From an uncultured delta proteobacterium (GTDB taxonomy: Bacteria > Desulfobacterota > RBG-13-43-22): a stretch of 64,000 bases of DNA. The notes under the pieces were generated by a model, which did not search any database, was not told where the DNA came from, and saw only the letters and a program-made list of their open reading frames with translations. Shown in pieces: positions 17,546 to 25,866 of the stretch; position 1 is the stretch's first letter; each line of letters opens with the position of its first letter. The stretch lies in assembly GCA_963746605.1 (NCBI GenBank), contig CAVVCH010000053.1, positions 183,465-247,464 on the forward strand. The letters are read 5' to 3'. Position numbers and translations under genes: made by a program.

Positions 17546-19349
17546 TTGCGAGGTCATCACTATAATATGCCTCCCAATGACTTCGGTTATTTTGAAGGGG
17601 AGCACTTGGGCAAGCCGTACGATTTGGGGTTGCTCAAGAAGGTCTTTCCTTATTTGTGGCCCTGGCGATTTCGATGGCTGCTGGTCATGGTACTGACCCT
17701 GGCCGGGACCGCCCTGGACCTGATCCCCCCCTACCTGACCAAACTGGCTATTGACCAATTTATTCTTAAGGGGCGGATCCAGGGCCTGGAGTTCTTGGCT
17801 TTATTGCTACTGGTGGTCCTGGTTTTGGGCTATGGTTTCCAATATGCCCAGGTGGTGCTCATGGAACAATTGGGCCAGCGGGTGATGCATGCCCTGCGCC
17901 TGGACTTGGTGGCCCATCTCCTGTCGCTGCCGCTGCCCTTCTACCAGGAGCACCCGGTGGGACGGCTGGTTACCCGGGCTACCAACGATATCGAGAACCT
18001 CAACGAGATGGTCAAGTCACTGCTCTCCACCCTCGTTAAAGATATCCTGCTGTTCTTGGGGATCATGGGGGTCCTTTTCTATTTAAATTTTAGGTTGGCC
18101 CTGATCACCTTTGCCGTCCTGCCGATCATCTTTGTGGCCGCCCGTCTTTTCAGCCGGAAGGCCCGGGACGCCTTCCGGGATTTGCGTCGCTGGGTAGCCC
18201 ACCCTGAATTCCTTTATCCAGGAAACCCTCTCCGGCATGACGCTCATCCAGCTCCTGAAAAAGGAAGCGATGAGGGCGCAGGACTTCCGATGGGTGAATC
18301 ACCAGACCTATTTGGCCGGGATGAAGCAGATTCAGGTTTTTGCGTTGTTCATGCCGCTCATGGAATTGATTTCGGCCGGGGCCGTGGCCCTGCTGATCTG
18401 GTACGGCGGCGGTCAGGTCATTCGCCAGACTCTCACCCTGGGCGCCCTGGTGGCCTTCCTGTCGTACATCCAGATGTTTTTTCGTCCCCTGCGGGAGTTG
18501 ACCGAAAAATATAGCGTCCTGCAGTCGGCCATGGCCTCTCTGGAGCGAATTTTTGCCCTGATGGAGGAAAAGGCCGAGGAGGGACCGGATGAAACTTTGT
18601 TCCGGCGACCGACCCGGGTCCAGGGGGAGATTACCTTCGATCGGGTCAGTTTTGCCTATCAAGCCGAGGATTGGGTGCTCCAGGACATTTCTTTTACCAT
18701 CCGCCCCGGAGAAGCGGTGGCTATCGTCGGGATGACCGGGGGGGGTAAGACCACCCTGATTCAGCTCCTGGAGGGCTTCTATACCCCTCAGAAGGGACAA
18801 ATCCGGATCGATGGGCTCCCCATCCAGTCCTTTCCCAAAAAATTCTTGAGGACCTTGGTGGGGTTGGTTCCCCAGGAGGTCTTTCTCTTCGCCGGGGACC
18901 TGAAAGAAAATATTTTATTGGCGGATAAGGAAACCCTTTCTTCCCGGGACGATCCGGAAAACATATGGAAGGAAATCCAGCCCCTTTTCCAAGACTTCCA
19001 GGGAAGAAAGGTCGACACCCTGTCCTCCGGAGAACGGCAGTTGGTGGCCATGGCCCGGGTTTTAGCCCGGGACCCGTCGATCCTGGTTCTGGATGAGGCC
19101 ACCGCCCACCTGGACGCCCAGACGGAAGAAAAGGTTCAGACGGTCCTGGGAAAGCTGCTGGCCGGCCGGACCTCGCTGGTCATCGCCCACCGGCTGTTTA
19201 CCCTCCGCCAGGCCTCTCGGATTATGGTGCTGCACCAGGGCCGCCTGGTCGAGGAAGGGACCCACGCGCAACTCATGGAGCGGAAAGGGTACTATTACCG
19301 GTTATACCAGTTGCAGTATAACGAGGTTCAAAATGGGGGGGGTTATTGA
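17546..19349 (+). CDS. ABC transporter permease/ATP-binding protein, apparent frameshift near 18200-18212
   Basis: Transmembrane domain in ORF 17546-18514 and the rest in ORF 18237-19349. The expected ...RRWVA-LNSFIQETLSGMTLIQLL... is split. Walker A GMTGGGKTT, signature LSSGERQLVAMARVL. Probable heterodimer partner of the upstream ABC gene. Confidence 0.8.
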
Positions 19350-19470
19350 CGGTCTCTTTATTGTATTTACAGGTGATTTCTCGTCATCCCCGAAAGCCTT
19401 TGTCGGGGATCCGGTGTTTCTTAAAAAAACCTGGATTCCCGCTCAGAAGCGCCGCGGGAATGACGCTTTA
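19350..19470. repeat. two palindromic hairpin elements (ATCCCCGA-N9-TCGGGGAT and TTCCCGC-N11-GCGGGAA)
   Basis: REP-like hairpins downstream of the ABC gene that may act as terminators. They share the GTCATCCCCGAAAG / ATTCCCGC motif style. Confidence 0.4.
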
Positions 19471-19481
19471 TGATGTTTGGA

Positions 19482-19829
19482 TCATTTGGATTTTGGACCT
19501 TTGTGCTTGTTTCGGCCTGCGACGAGCTCAGTCGGGGCGATTTTCGTGCTTCGGATTGCAAAGTCAAAGCCCGCTTCAAAATGCAAACCGGAGGCATCCA
19601 CTTGGTGCAAACGGATCCGGGACAACAGCCCGGCTCTTTCGGCGCGGCGTCGGACACCGGCGAGCATCTCCGGCTGCAAGTCCACGGCCGTCACGTTCCC
19701 GGAGGGTCCGACTATTCGGGCCAGGGGAATCGTGAAGTAGCCGATCCCACACCCGAGGTCCAGGCACGCTTCCCGGGGGTGAACGAGATCCTGGAGAATC
19801 CTCTCCGGCTTCTGGACGAGACGCCGCAC
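19482..19829 (-). CDS. class I SAM-dependent methyltransferase, truncated (115 aa)
   Basis: Motif I LDLGCGIGYFT is present. The protein ends soon after motif II, at roughly half the usual length. Confidence 0.55.
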   Translation of the reverse strand: MRRLVQKPERILQDLVHPREACLDLGCGIGYFTIPLARIVGPSGNVTAVDLQPEMLAGVRRRAERAGLLSRIRLHQVDASGLHFEAGFDFAIRSTKIAPTELVAGRNKHKGPKSK

Positions 19830-19846
19830 GAAGTTGTCAAAGGAGT

Positions 19847-20293
19847 TTAATCTTCGCCTACAGCTTCTAGATCCGCAATATCCTTCTTGCGTCCCAAAGC
19901 TCTTTTATTTACTATAAAGTCATCACGGCCTATGTAATGAACCATCAAATCACCAAACCACCCTTCAACTCTGCCCGATTGCGCCTGCTCCCATTGAACC
20001 CCGGTAATCGATGTTATAATGTCTATCCTGACCGGTGGAACCCCAAGTTGAACGACTTTACCCTCTTTCACAAAATCCGCCGCTGTCAAACCAACTGCCC
20101 CAAACCCAAACTCATTAAGGGCGTGCATGATGCTTTTTGCATTTATAGGGTCCGGCTTCACAAAGACGTCAAGGTCACCTGTGTATCGCGGGGCGCCGTG
20201 AAATCCCAGTGCGTAAGCCCCTACAATGATATAATCAACCTCGTATTTGTTGAATAACTCGAGCAGATCTCTGAAGTCTTGCTGAACTTCCAT
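19847..20293 (-). CDS. minimal nucleotidyltransferase-fold protein (toxin-antitoxin or defence-associated type)
   Basis: IIVGAYALGFHGAPRYTGDLDVFV fits the hG[GS]...DxD nucleotidyltransferase motif. 148 aa. Confidence 0.55.
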   Translation of the reverse strand: MEVQQDFRDLLELFNKYEVDYIIVGAYALGFHGAPRYTGDLDVFVKPDPINAKSIMHALNEFGFGAVGLTAADFVKEGKVVQLGVPPVRIDIITSITGVQWEQAQSGRVEGWFGDLMVHYIGRDDFIVNKRALGRKKDIADLEAVGED

Positions 20294-20426
20294 GGTATTG
20301 TCCCCTTAAGAATTCAATTGCTACGATTCGTTCTTGAGGTGTTTTGCTTAGCCAGTAGGCCAGATCTTTCTTAATTGACGAATCGGTTTTCAAATCAAGT
20401 TTCTTAACGGTTTTTTCAATCATCAT
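20235..20426 (-). CDS. small hypothetical protein (63 aa), probable partner of the nucleotidyltransferase
   Basis: Overlaps the nucleotidyltransferase gene start by 59 nt on the same strand. Confidence 0.4.
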   Translation of the reverse strand: MMIEKTVKKLDLKTDSSIKKDLAYWLSKTPQERIVAIEFLRGQYHGSSARLQRSARVIQQIRG

Positions 20427-20557
20427 TGTCCCCCTGTATCTCCAGTGGTCGATATCAAAGCCTTTCCCAAGTTCGCTACTCCCGGATCAATCTGATGCTT
20501 CGCTTGTGCCTGGCCAAACATGCTGCCGCACGCGATCAAAAAAAAGAAACGCCCTCA

Positions 20558-20588
20558 GGAAACTAAATGAATATTCATAAGTTTCTCC
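20558..20588. other. 27-bp imperfect palindrome centred on ATGAATATTCAT, followed on the minus strand by a T-run
   Basis: AAACTAAATGAATATTCATAAGTTT. Possible terminator or recombination-site hairpin 3' of the SRPBCC cassette gene. Confidence 0.3.
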
Positions 20589-20606
20589 TTTCTATTCAGA
20601 AAGACT

Positions 20607-21062
20607 TCATAGGCCCACCGGCATGTCGTAAGGATGCGGACGGCCTTTGCCCGTCTCGACAAATTCCTTGAGGCTAAGCAGGAAAAGCACCCAGTGCATC
20701 GAGGTCCGAGGGAACATTTGGGCATCCTCGCGCCATTTTGAGTGGCGAAGGTGAAGAAACGTTTTGTCGCCTTCGCAGAAGATTTTCCATTCAATTTCGG
20801 TGTTGACCCAATCAGGATCGCTCCGCTCAGTTGCGCGCCACCGCACGAGTTCATCAACCTTCAGAGTGGTTACAACCATCTCCTTTAACCATTTCCCATA
20901 AAACCAGAATTCCAATTTCTTCCCGACGGCAGATTCCCCCTGCGTCTCGGTGGTCCACCAATGCGCTAGCTTTTTCACTTCGGTCAACGCTTGGTAAAGC
21001 TCGCTGGGGGAAGCTTTGATGATCATTTCATGCCAGATTTCACGATATGCCATTGAAAACAC
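20607..21062 (-). CDS. SRPBCC-superfamily protein (AHSA1/START-like)
   Basis: 151 aa. W-rich beta-grip pattern typical of activator-of-Hsp90 ATPase 1-like bacterial proteins. Confidence 0.7.
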   Translation of the reverse strand: MFSMAYREIWHEMIIKASPSELYQALTEVKKLAHWWTTETQGESAVGKKLEFWFYGKWLKEMVVTTLKVDELVRWRATERSDPDWVNTEIEWKIFCEGDKTFLHLRHSKWREDAQMFPRTSMHWVLFLLSLKEFVETGKGRPHPYDMPVGL

Positions 21063-21180
21063 CTCCTCTTCTAATGAAGTATGTCAAGCATATAGTTTCG
21101 GTCTCTGTCCGTTAAGACCGTTTGTGTTGTGGCGGCTTCCAGCCTTTTTGCCCCCCTTATCTAACCTCTTTTGTTCTCCT

Positions 21181-21321
21181 GGCCTTATGCCCATCCCCCA
21201 GGATGAGGAGCGCGACGTTGGCGCGTCTGCTCGATCCGTTTGATGGGCCGGGGACCCGCAGGCCTAAAAACTTGTTGACGGGGGCGCTCCGCAGCCTGGG
21301 GGATGGGCATAAGGCCAGCGG
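21181..21321. repeat. attC-like (or MITE-like) imperfect palindromic element, copy 1
   Basis: 22-bp perfect terminal inverted repeats GGCCTTATGCCCATCCCCCAGG / CCTGGGGGATGGGCATAAGGCC. The inner arms carry bulges. The central 111 bp (21198-21308) is identical to 24008-24118. Confidence 0.6.
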
Positions 21322-21408
21322 CCCATCGTTCAAACTCAGCCGCCGCCCATGAGCCGCGCAGGCGGCTTATGGGCGGTCGGCTGGAGTGCCTTGTTGGGCG
21401 TCACGCTT

Positions 21409-21888
21409 TCAGAAATCAAGGGGTCGTTCCGAAATACGCCGCACGAAGCCTAATTCGCTCGCCTTGGCCTTGCCTTTCCGCCGAATGGTATCGAGGGCGA
21501 CCGCGGCACGGATGAGTGCTTTGAACGCGTCCGCATCGACCTCCGCCCCCTCATGGATGTCAATCGCGCGCCTTACGTTCCCGTCGAGGCTCGAGTTGAA
21601 GAGCTTGGCCGGGTCCTTCAACGCAGCACCCTCGGCGAAGGTGAGTTTCACTTTGTCCTTGTAGGTCTCGCCGGTGCAGATGATCCCGTCGTGGGACCAC
21701 ACCGGGACTCCCAACATCGAGTTCGACGGCTTTCTCCATTTCAACTCCTCGACCACATCTGGGTCTGCCTCTTTGATGAGCTCGCGCATCCTGCTCAACG
21801 TCGCCCCGTGCCAGTCCGCGAGCTCGGCGATTCTTTTGTCAATCAGCTCAGATGCTGACTGGCCCTCGGTCGAACCCGACTTTTTCAT
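21409..21888 (-). CDS. DUF1801 (YdhG/YjbR-like) domain protein
   Basis: 159 aa, with the characteristic C-terminal WHG...L segment of DUF1801 proteins. Confidence 0.65.
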   Translation of the reverse strand: MKKSGSTEGQSASELIDKRIAELADWHGATLSRMRELIKEADPDVVEELKWRKPSNSMLGVPVWSHDGIICTGETYKDKVKLTFAEGAALKDPAKLFNSSLDGNVRRAIDIHEGAEVDADAFKALIRAAVALDTIRRKGKAKASELGFVRRISERPLDF

Positions 21889-22060
21889 GTTCTCCTCCTA
21901 AAACTTCCAGATTCTTCCAGAATGCCTTCAAACGACTCAATCGTCGTAACTTCTCCACGCCGCTAGAGAAACGGTGGATGAAGCCGCCGCGCGCAGCGCG
22001 GTCGGTTGGAGCGACTCGTTGGGCAGCCGGAGATTCAGCTTGGAGTTCCGCCACAATTAT

Positions 22061-22516
22061 TCACTTCTCCAAAAACTTCTTCAGACCAGCAAGCATCATG
22101 TCCCAATTCTTCTGGGAGTGTTCACGCGCTTCTTCCGTCGGATTGTTGTCCTGGGCCAGGGAGACAAGGGTTTGGGTTTCCTTGGACGTGAGCTTGATGG
22201 TCACCGTGTGATAGTTCTCCGGCTGATCCGGAAGCCCGGAGAACGGACTGAAATGCGTGTATTGGAGTAGCCGTTTTGGATCACAATGGAGAATCACTCC
22301 TTTGTCCTCGTACGCCTTGCCTTTCCACTCGCCTTTCCATGTGATTGGGCTCCCCTCGCGCCAATCGGATGCGACGTCGGTGCCGAACATGTACTCTTTG
22401 ATGGCTTGTGGATTAACGAGCGCATCCCAGACCTTGGCGACTGAGGCGTCAATGGTGGCCGACGCCTTTGCGATCAGATCGTTCTTCATAGGTCGTTCCT
22501 TTCTTTGGCCACCCAT
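22061..22516 (-). CDS. SRPBCC-superfamily protein (AHSA1-like)
   Basis: 151 aa. VWDALVNPQAIKEYMFG...W...W pattern. Confidence 0.7.
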   Translation of the reverse strand: MGGQRKERPMKNDLIAKASATIDASVAKVWDALVNPQAIKEYMFGTDVASDWREGSPITWKGEWKGKAYEDKGVILHCDPKRLLQYTHFSPFSGLPDQPENYHTVTIKLTSKETQTLVSLAQDNNPTEEAREHSQKNWDMMLAGLKKFLEK

Positions 22517-22644
22517 TCGATGTGATGCCGCCCAACGCCTTAATCAGCGGCGCGGCCCTTTGCGTCCGCTGAATTTAGATGGTATGCTCAGTAGTTTAGA
22601 TATACCTTCTACCGGCCTAGTGCAGCCAGTACATCATCATGGAT

Positions 22645-23313
22645 TTAACCTTCTCGTTTCATCTTCTCGCGGCGTGCGACTTCCGCCGGTGTGGGAGGGT
22701 CCATAGTGAAATCCCCGGTCTTGACTGCACCGTCGCGTACATACTTCGCAATTAAGATGCCATTGGGCGATGTCCGGTTCGCAATCAGTCGAAACGCCCC
22801 AGCTCTTGAGCCAGCGCCAAACAACTTCTTTCCTTGCCCGAGGATGATTGGGAATGTAAAAATATTGATCTGATCGACGAGGTCATCCGCAAGCAGCGTT
22901 TGGATCAAGTCGGTACTGCCCTGTGTAAGAAGCGATGGTCCTTCCTCCCGTTTCAGCTTGGCGACATCTGACGCTGCGTCACTGAGGGCCACCGAATCCT
23001 TCCAGGTCAGATCCAAGCCCTTCCGGGTAGCAACATACTTCGTGACTGAATTGAAAGTCTTGGCAATGGAATCATCGGGCCCGCCCTCGGCATAGGGCCA
23101 GTGGGCCGCGAAGATCTCGTAAGTCTTTCGACCGAGCAACAAGTCGTACGGCTCGCTTAACATCTTGCCAATCTCTTCGCCGAAAACATCGTCCACCAGT
23201 GGCGCTACCCAGCCGCCGTGGTTGAATCCCATAGTAGGATCTTCAAGAGGGCCTCCGGGCGCCTGCATGACGCCGTCCAAGGAAACCATGGCTCCGATTA
23301 TTACTTTTCTCAT
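22645..23313 (-). CDS. dihydrofolate reductase-family protein (RibD C-terminal domain / YwjB-like)
   Basis: MRKVIIGAMVSLDGV...LLLGRKTYE...FTFPIILGQGKKLF, typical of bacterial DHFR-like proteins. Confidence 0.8.
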   Translation of the reverse strand: MRKVIIGAMVSLDGVMQAPGGPLEDPTMGFNHGGWVAPLVDDVFGEEIGKMLSEPYDLLLGRKTYEIFAAHWPYAEGGPDDSIAKTFNSVTKYVATRKGLDLTWKDSVALSDAASDVAKLKREEGPSLLTQGSTDLIQTLLADDLVDQINIFTFPIILGQGKKLFGAGSRAGAFRLIANRTSPNGILIAKYVRDGAVKTGDFTMDPPTPAEVARREKMKREG

Positions 23314-23494
23314 AAATCACACTCCTTTCTTGTCCCATAGTGTAAGGTAAAAATGGGCATGGTTAACCCGCCACTCGTTCGGGCCGGAACATGTTATCCC
23401 CAAGGTCGAAAACAAAAGTTCATGAGCGAGGAGGTTCGAGTCCGCCCGTCATGTACCTATTGCAGCTCCGTGAGTACACTGCTACTGTGCAACC

Positions 23495-23980
23495 TCAACC
23501 GCGGCGCGCCGACTCGATAGCAGCGATGTCGATCTTTGTCATCTGCATCATCGCATCGAACGCGCGCTTTGCGACGTCGGGATCGGGATCGGTGACCGCT
23601 TTCGTTAGAGCGATCGGCGTAATCTGCCAGGATAATCCCCACTTATCCTTGCACCAGCCGCACACGCTCTCCTGGCCGTCGTTGCCAACGATCGCGTTCC
23701 AGTAGCGATCCGTTTCGGCTTGGTCATCGGTTGCGACCTGAAACGAAAACGCTTCGCTGTGCTTGAACGTAGGTCCACCGTTGAGCCCGAGGCATGGAAT
23801 GCCCATCACGGTAAACTCGACGGTCAACACGTCTCCTTTCTTCCCCGACGGAAAGTCTCCAGGGGCACGGTGCACCGCGCCGACGTACGAATCGGGAAAG
23901 GTCTCGGCGTAAAATCGCGCTGCGTCCTCGGCATCGCCATTGTACCAAAGGCAAATCGTGTTCTTTGCAGATTTCATCAT
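23495..23980 (-). CDS. VOC-family protein (PhnB / 3-demethylubiquinone-9 3-methyltransferase-like glyoxalase fold)
   Basis: ICLWYNGDAEDAARFYAETF...VEFTVMG...FSFQV pattern of PhnB-like VOC proteins. Confidence 0.8.
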   Translation of the reverse strand: MMKSAKNTICLWYNGDAEDAARFYAETFPDSYVGAVHRAPGDFPSGKKGDVLTVEFTVMGIPCLGLNGGPTFKHSEAFSFQVATDDQAETDRYWNAIVGNDGQESVCGWCKDKWGLSWQITPIALTKAVTDPDPDVAKRAFDAMMQMTKIDIAAIESARRG

Positions 23981-24002
23981 GTCACTCCTCCTTCGATGGG
24001 AT

Positions 24003-24125
24003 AACCCCCAGGATGAGGAGCGCGACGTTGGCGCGTCTGCTCGATCCGTTTGATGGGCCGGGGACCCGCAGGCCTAAAAACTTGTTGACGGGGGCGCTCC
24101 GCAGCCTGGGGGATGGGCCGCCGGC
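24003..24125. repeat. attC-like (or MITE-like) element, copy 2
   Basis: Same 111-bp core as copy 1, with shorter terminal inverted repeats. It is followed by the perfect palindrome ATGGGCCGCC-GGCA-GGCGGCCCAT. Confidence 0.6.
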
Positions 24126-24335
24126 AGGCGGCCCATTCGCGGCGACGAAGTCAGCGCCGCGATTCTCGGGGACGCAGTCGCCGAGAACAAGTTATTCTAA
24201 AGCTTCTGGATAACTCCCCGAAAATAACTATCCTCTGGGGATTATAAACAACTACCATTGGTTGTTTTTGGATAACCAATGGTCCGCCAACCCTTCCAAA
24301 TTACAGCTAACTCATTATAAATAATAAATATTATC

Positions 24336-24363
24336 TTGACAAATTAATTTTATTTCCTAAAAT
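24336..24363 (+). promoter_or_regulatory. near-consensus sigma70 promoter (TTGACA-N16-TAAAAT)
   Basis: Consensus -35 TTGACA and -10 TAAAAT, both read from the sequence. The -10 ends 1 nt before the first in-frame codon of the IntI-homologous ORF, so that ORF has no 5' UTR or RBS. Confidence 0.5.
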
Positions 24364-24958
24364 TTGAACCATGTATATTCATCAAATGATGTGAAAGAGT
24401 TTTTGACCTTTTTGGCCGTAAAACGAAAGGTCTCGGCTACCACGCAAAACCAGGCCTTTAATTCTCTGCTTTTTTTTTATCGGCATGTCCTGAACAAAGA
24501 ATTCGGAAAGATCGACGGAGTGGTCCGGGCCAAACGAAAGCCGTATATCCCGGTCGTTTTATCCCGGAAAGAGATCGAGACCGTCTTAAAGCACTTGGAG
24601 CCTCCTTTTGATCTGGTCGTAAAATTGCTATACGGCTAAGGAGTTTATCTGGCAATGGTTTTTCCCAGCCAAAGTTTTAACCGTTGAGAATAAGACCGGG
24701 GAACTTAGACGTTACCATCTGCATGAAACCCATGTGCAAAAGGCGATCAAACAGGCGGTAGACCAGGCCAGGATTTCCAAGCGGGCAAGCGCCCATACCT
24801 TTCGACACAGCTTTGCCAGTCATCTGTTACAGGCCAATTATGATATTCGGACGATCCAGGAACTGTTGGGGCATAGCGACGTCAGAACCACTATGATTTA
24901 CACTCATACCGTGAAGAGCGTCACGATCAAGGAGGCCAGGAGCCCCCTGGATTTTTAA
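24364..24958 (+). pseudogene. intI: integron integrase, degraded (N-terminal about 55 aa missing, internal deletion of about 75 aa, and a frame change)
   Basis: Fragment 1 (SNDVKEFLTFLAVKRKVSATTQNQAFNSLLFFY...LLYG) matches the IntI N-terminal SAM-like domain. Frame 2 from 24623 (EFIWQWFFP...[41 protein letters not shown]) matches the IntI C-terminus, including the IntI-specific WxW segment. The catalytic box I region is absent. Confidence 0.85.
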
Positions 24959-25005
24959 AATTGAAAACGATTAAGGTAAACCGATTAAAATAAGGAGACC
25001 CTGAC

Positions 25006-25797
25006 ATGGATTTAGGTCTGAAGGATCGGGTGGCCCTGGTGTGTGGGGCCAGTAGGGGATTAGGAAAGGCAGTGGCCCTGAGTTTGGCCCGGGAGGGGGC
25101 CCGGCTGGCGATCTGTTCTCGTAACCCGGAAAATATACAGCAGGCGGCCGAGGAAATCCGTAGAGATGCCGGAACGGAGGTAATCCCCCTGCCGTGCGAT
25201 TTGTCGTCCTCCGAAGAGGCCCGGCGTTTTTTCCGTGAAGCCCATCGGCATTACGGGCGGGTGGATATCCTGGTTAATAACGCGGGGGGGCCTCCCTCCC
25301 TGCCTTTTATGGAAATCAGCGAGGACCACTGGCAGGAAGCCTTCCAATTGACCCTGATGAGCGCCGTGACCTTGATGAAGGAAGTTATTCCTTTAATGCA
25401 GGCTCGGAAGTTCGGGCGGATCATCAACCTGACCTCGGTGGCTGTTAAGCAACCGATCCTGGGTTTGATCCTTTCCAATGCCCTGCGGACTGGCCTGGTG
25501 GGTCTGGCCAAGACCCTGGCCACGATTTACGCGCCGGACAACATTCTAATCAATAACGTCTGCCCGGGATACACGCTGACCGAGCGGGTTCGTGAATTAG
25601 CCGAGGTGGTAGCCCGGCGGCAGCACACCACTCCCGAAGCGGTCATCCAAGGCTGGGAGGCGGAGATACCGATGGGGCGCCTGGGGAAGCCGGAGGAACT
25701 GGCGGACCTGGTGGTCTTTCTGGCCTCGGAGCGAGCCGGCTACCTCACCGGGGCCACGATACAGGTGGACGGGGGATATTACCGAGGGTTGATGTGA
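25006..25797 (+). CDS. SDR-family oxidoreductase (3-oxoacyl-ACP reductase-like)
   Basis: GASRGLGKAVAL cofactor motif, NNAGG, catalytic S...Y...K spacing. Confidence 0.9.
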   Translation: MDLGLKDRVALVCGASRGLGKAVALSLAREGARLAICSRNPENIQQAAEEIRRDAGTEVIPLPCDLSSSEEARRFFREAHRHYGRVDILVNNAGGPPSLPFMEISEDHWQEAFQLTLMSAVTLMKEVIPLMQARKFGRIINLTSVAVKQPILGLILSNALRTGLVGLAKTLATIYAPDNILINNVCPGYTLTERVRELAEVVARRQHTTPEAVIQGWEAEIPMGRLGKPEELADLVVFLASERAGYLTGATIQVDGGYYRGLM

Positions 25798-25866
25798 ATC
25801 ACGAAGCTGGGATTTGGATGCCGGGGCAATCTGCAATCTTGCCCCGGCATCTGCTTCAATCGGTGG

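Noticed and set aside
23400-23460. GGTTCGAGTCC T-loop-like sequence suggesting a tRNA or tRNA fragment between cassette genes
   Set aside because: No complete cloverleaf could be built. There is no D-arm or anticodon stem and the acceptor pairing is poor. At most a fragment.
21122-24213. ORFs 21122-21352 and 23965-24213 encoding the shared peptide RMRSATLARLLDPFDGPGTRRPKNLL...
   Set aside because: They are translations across the duplicated 111-bp palindromic element. The identity is at DNA level and extends beyond the ORFs.
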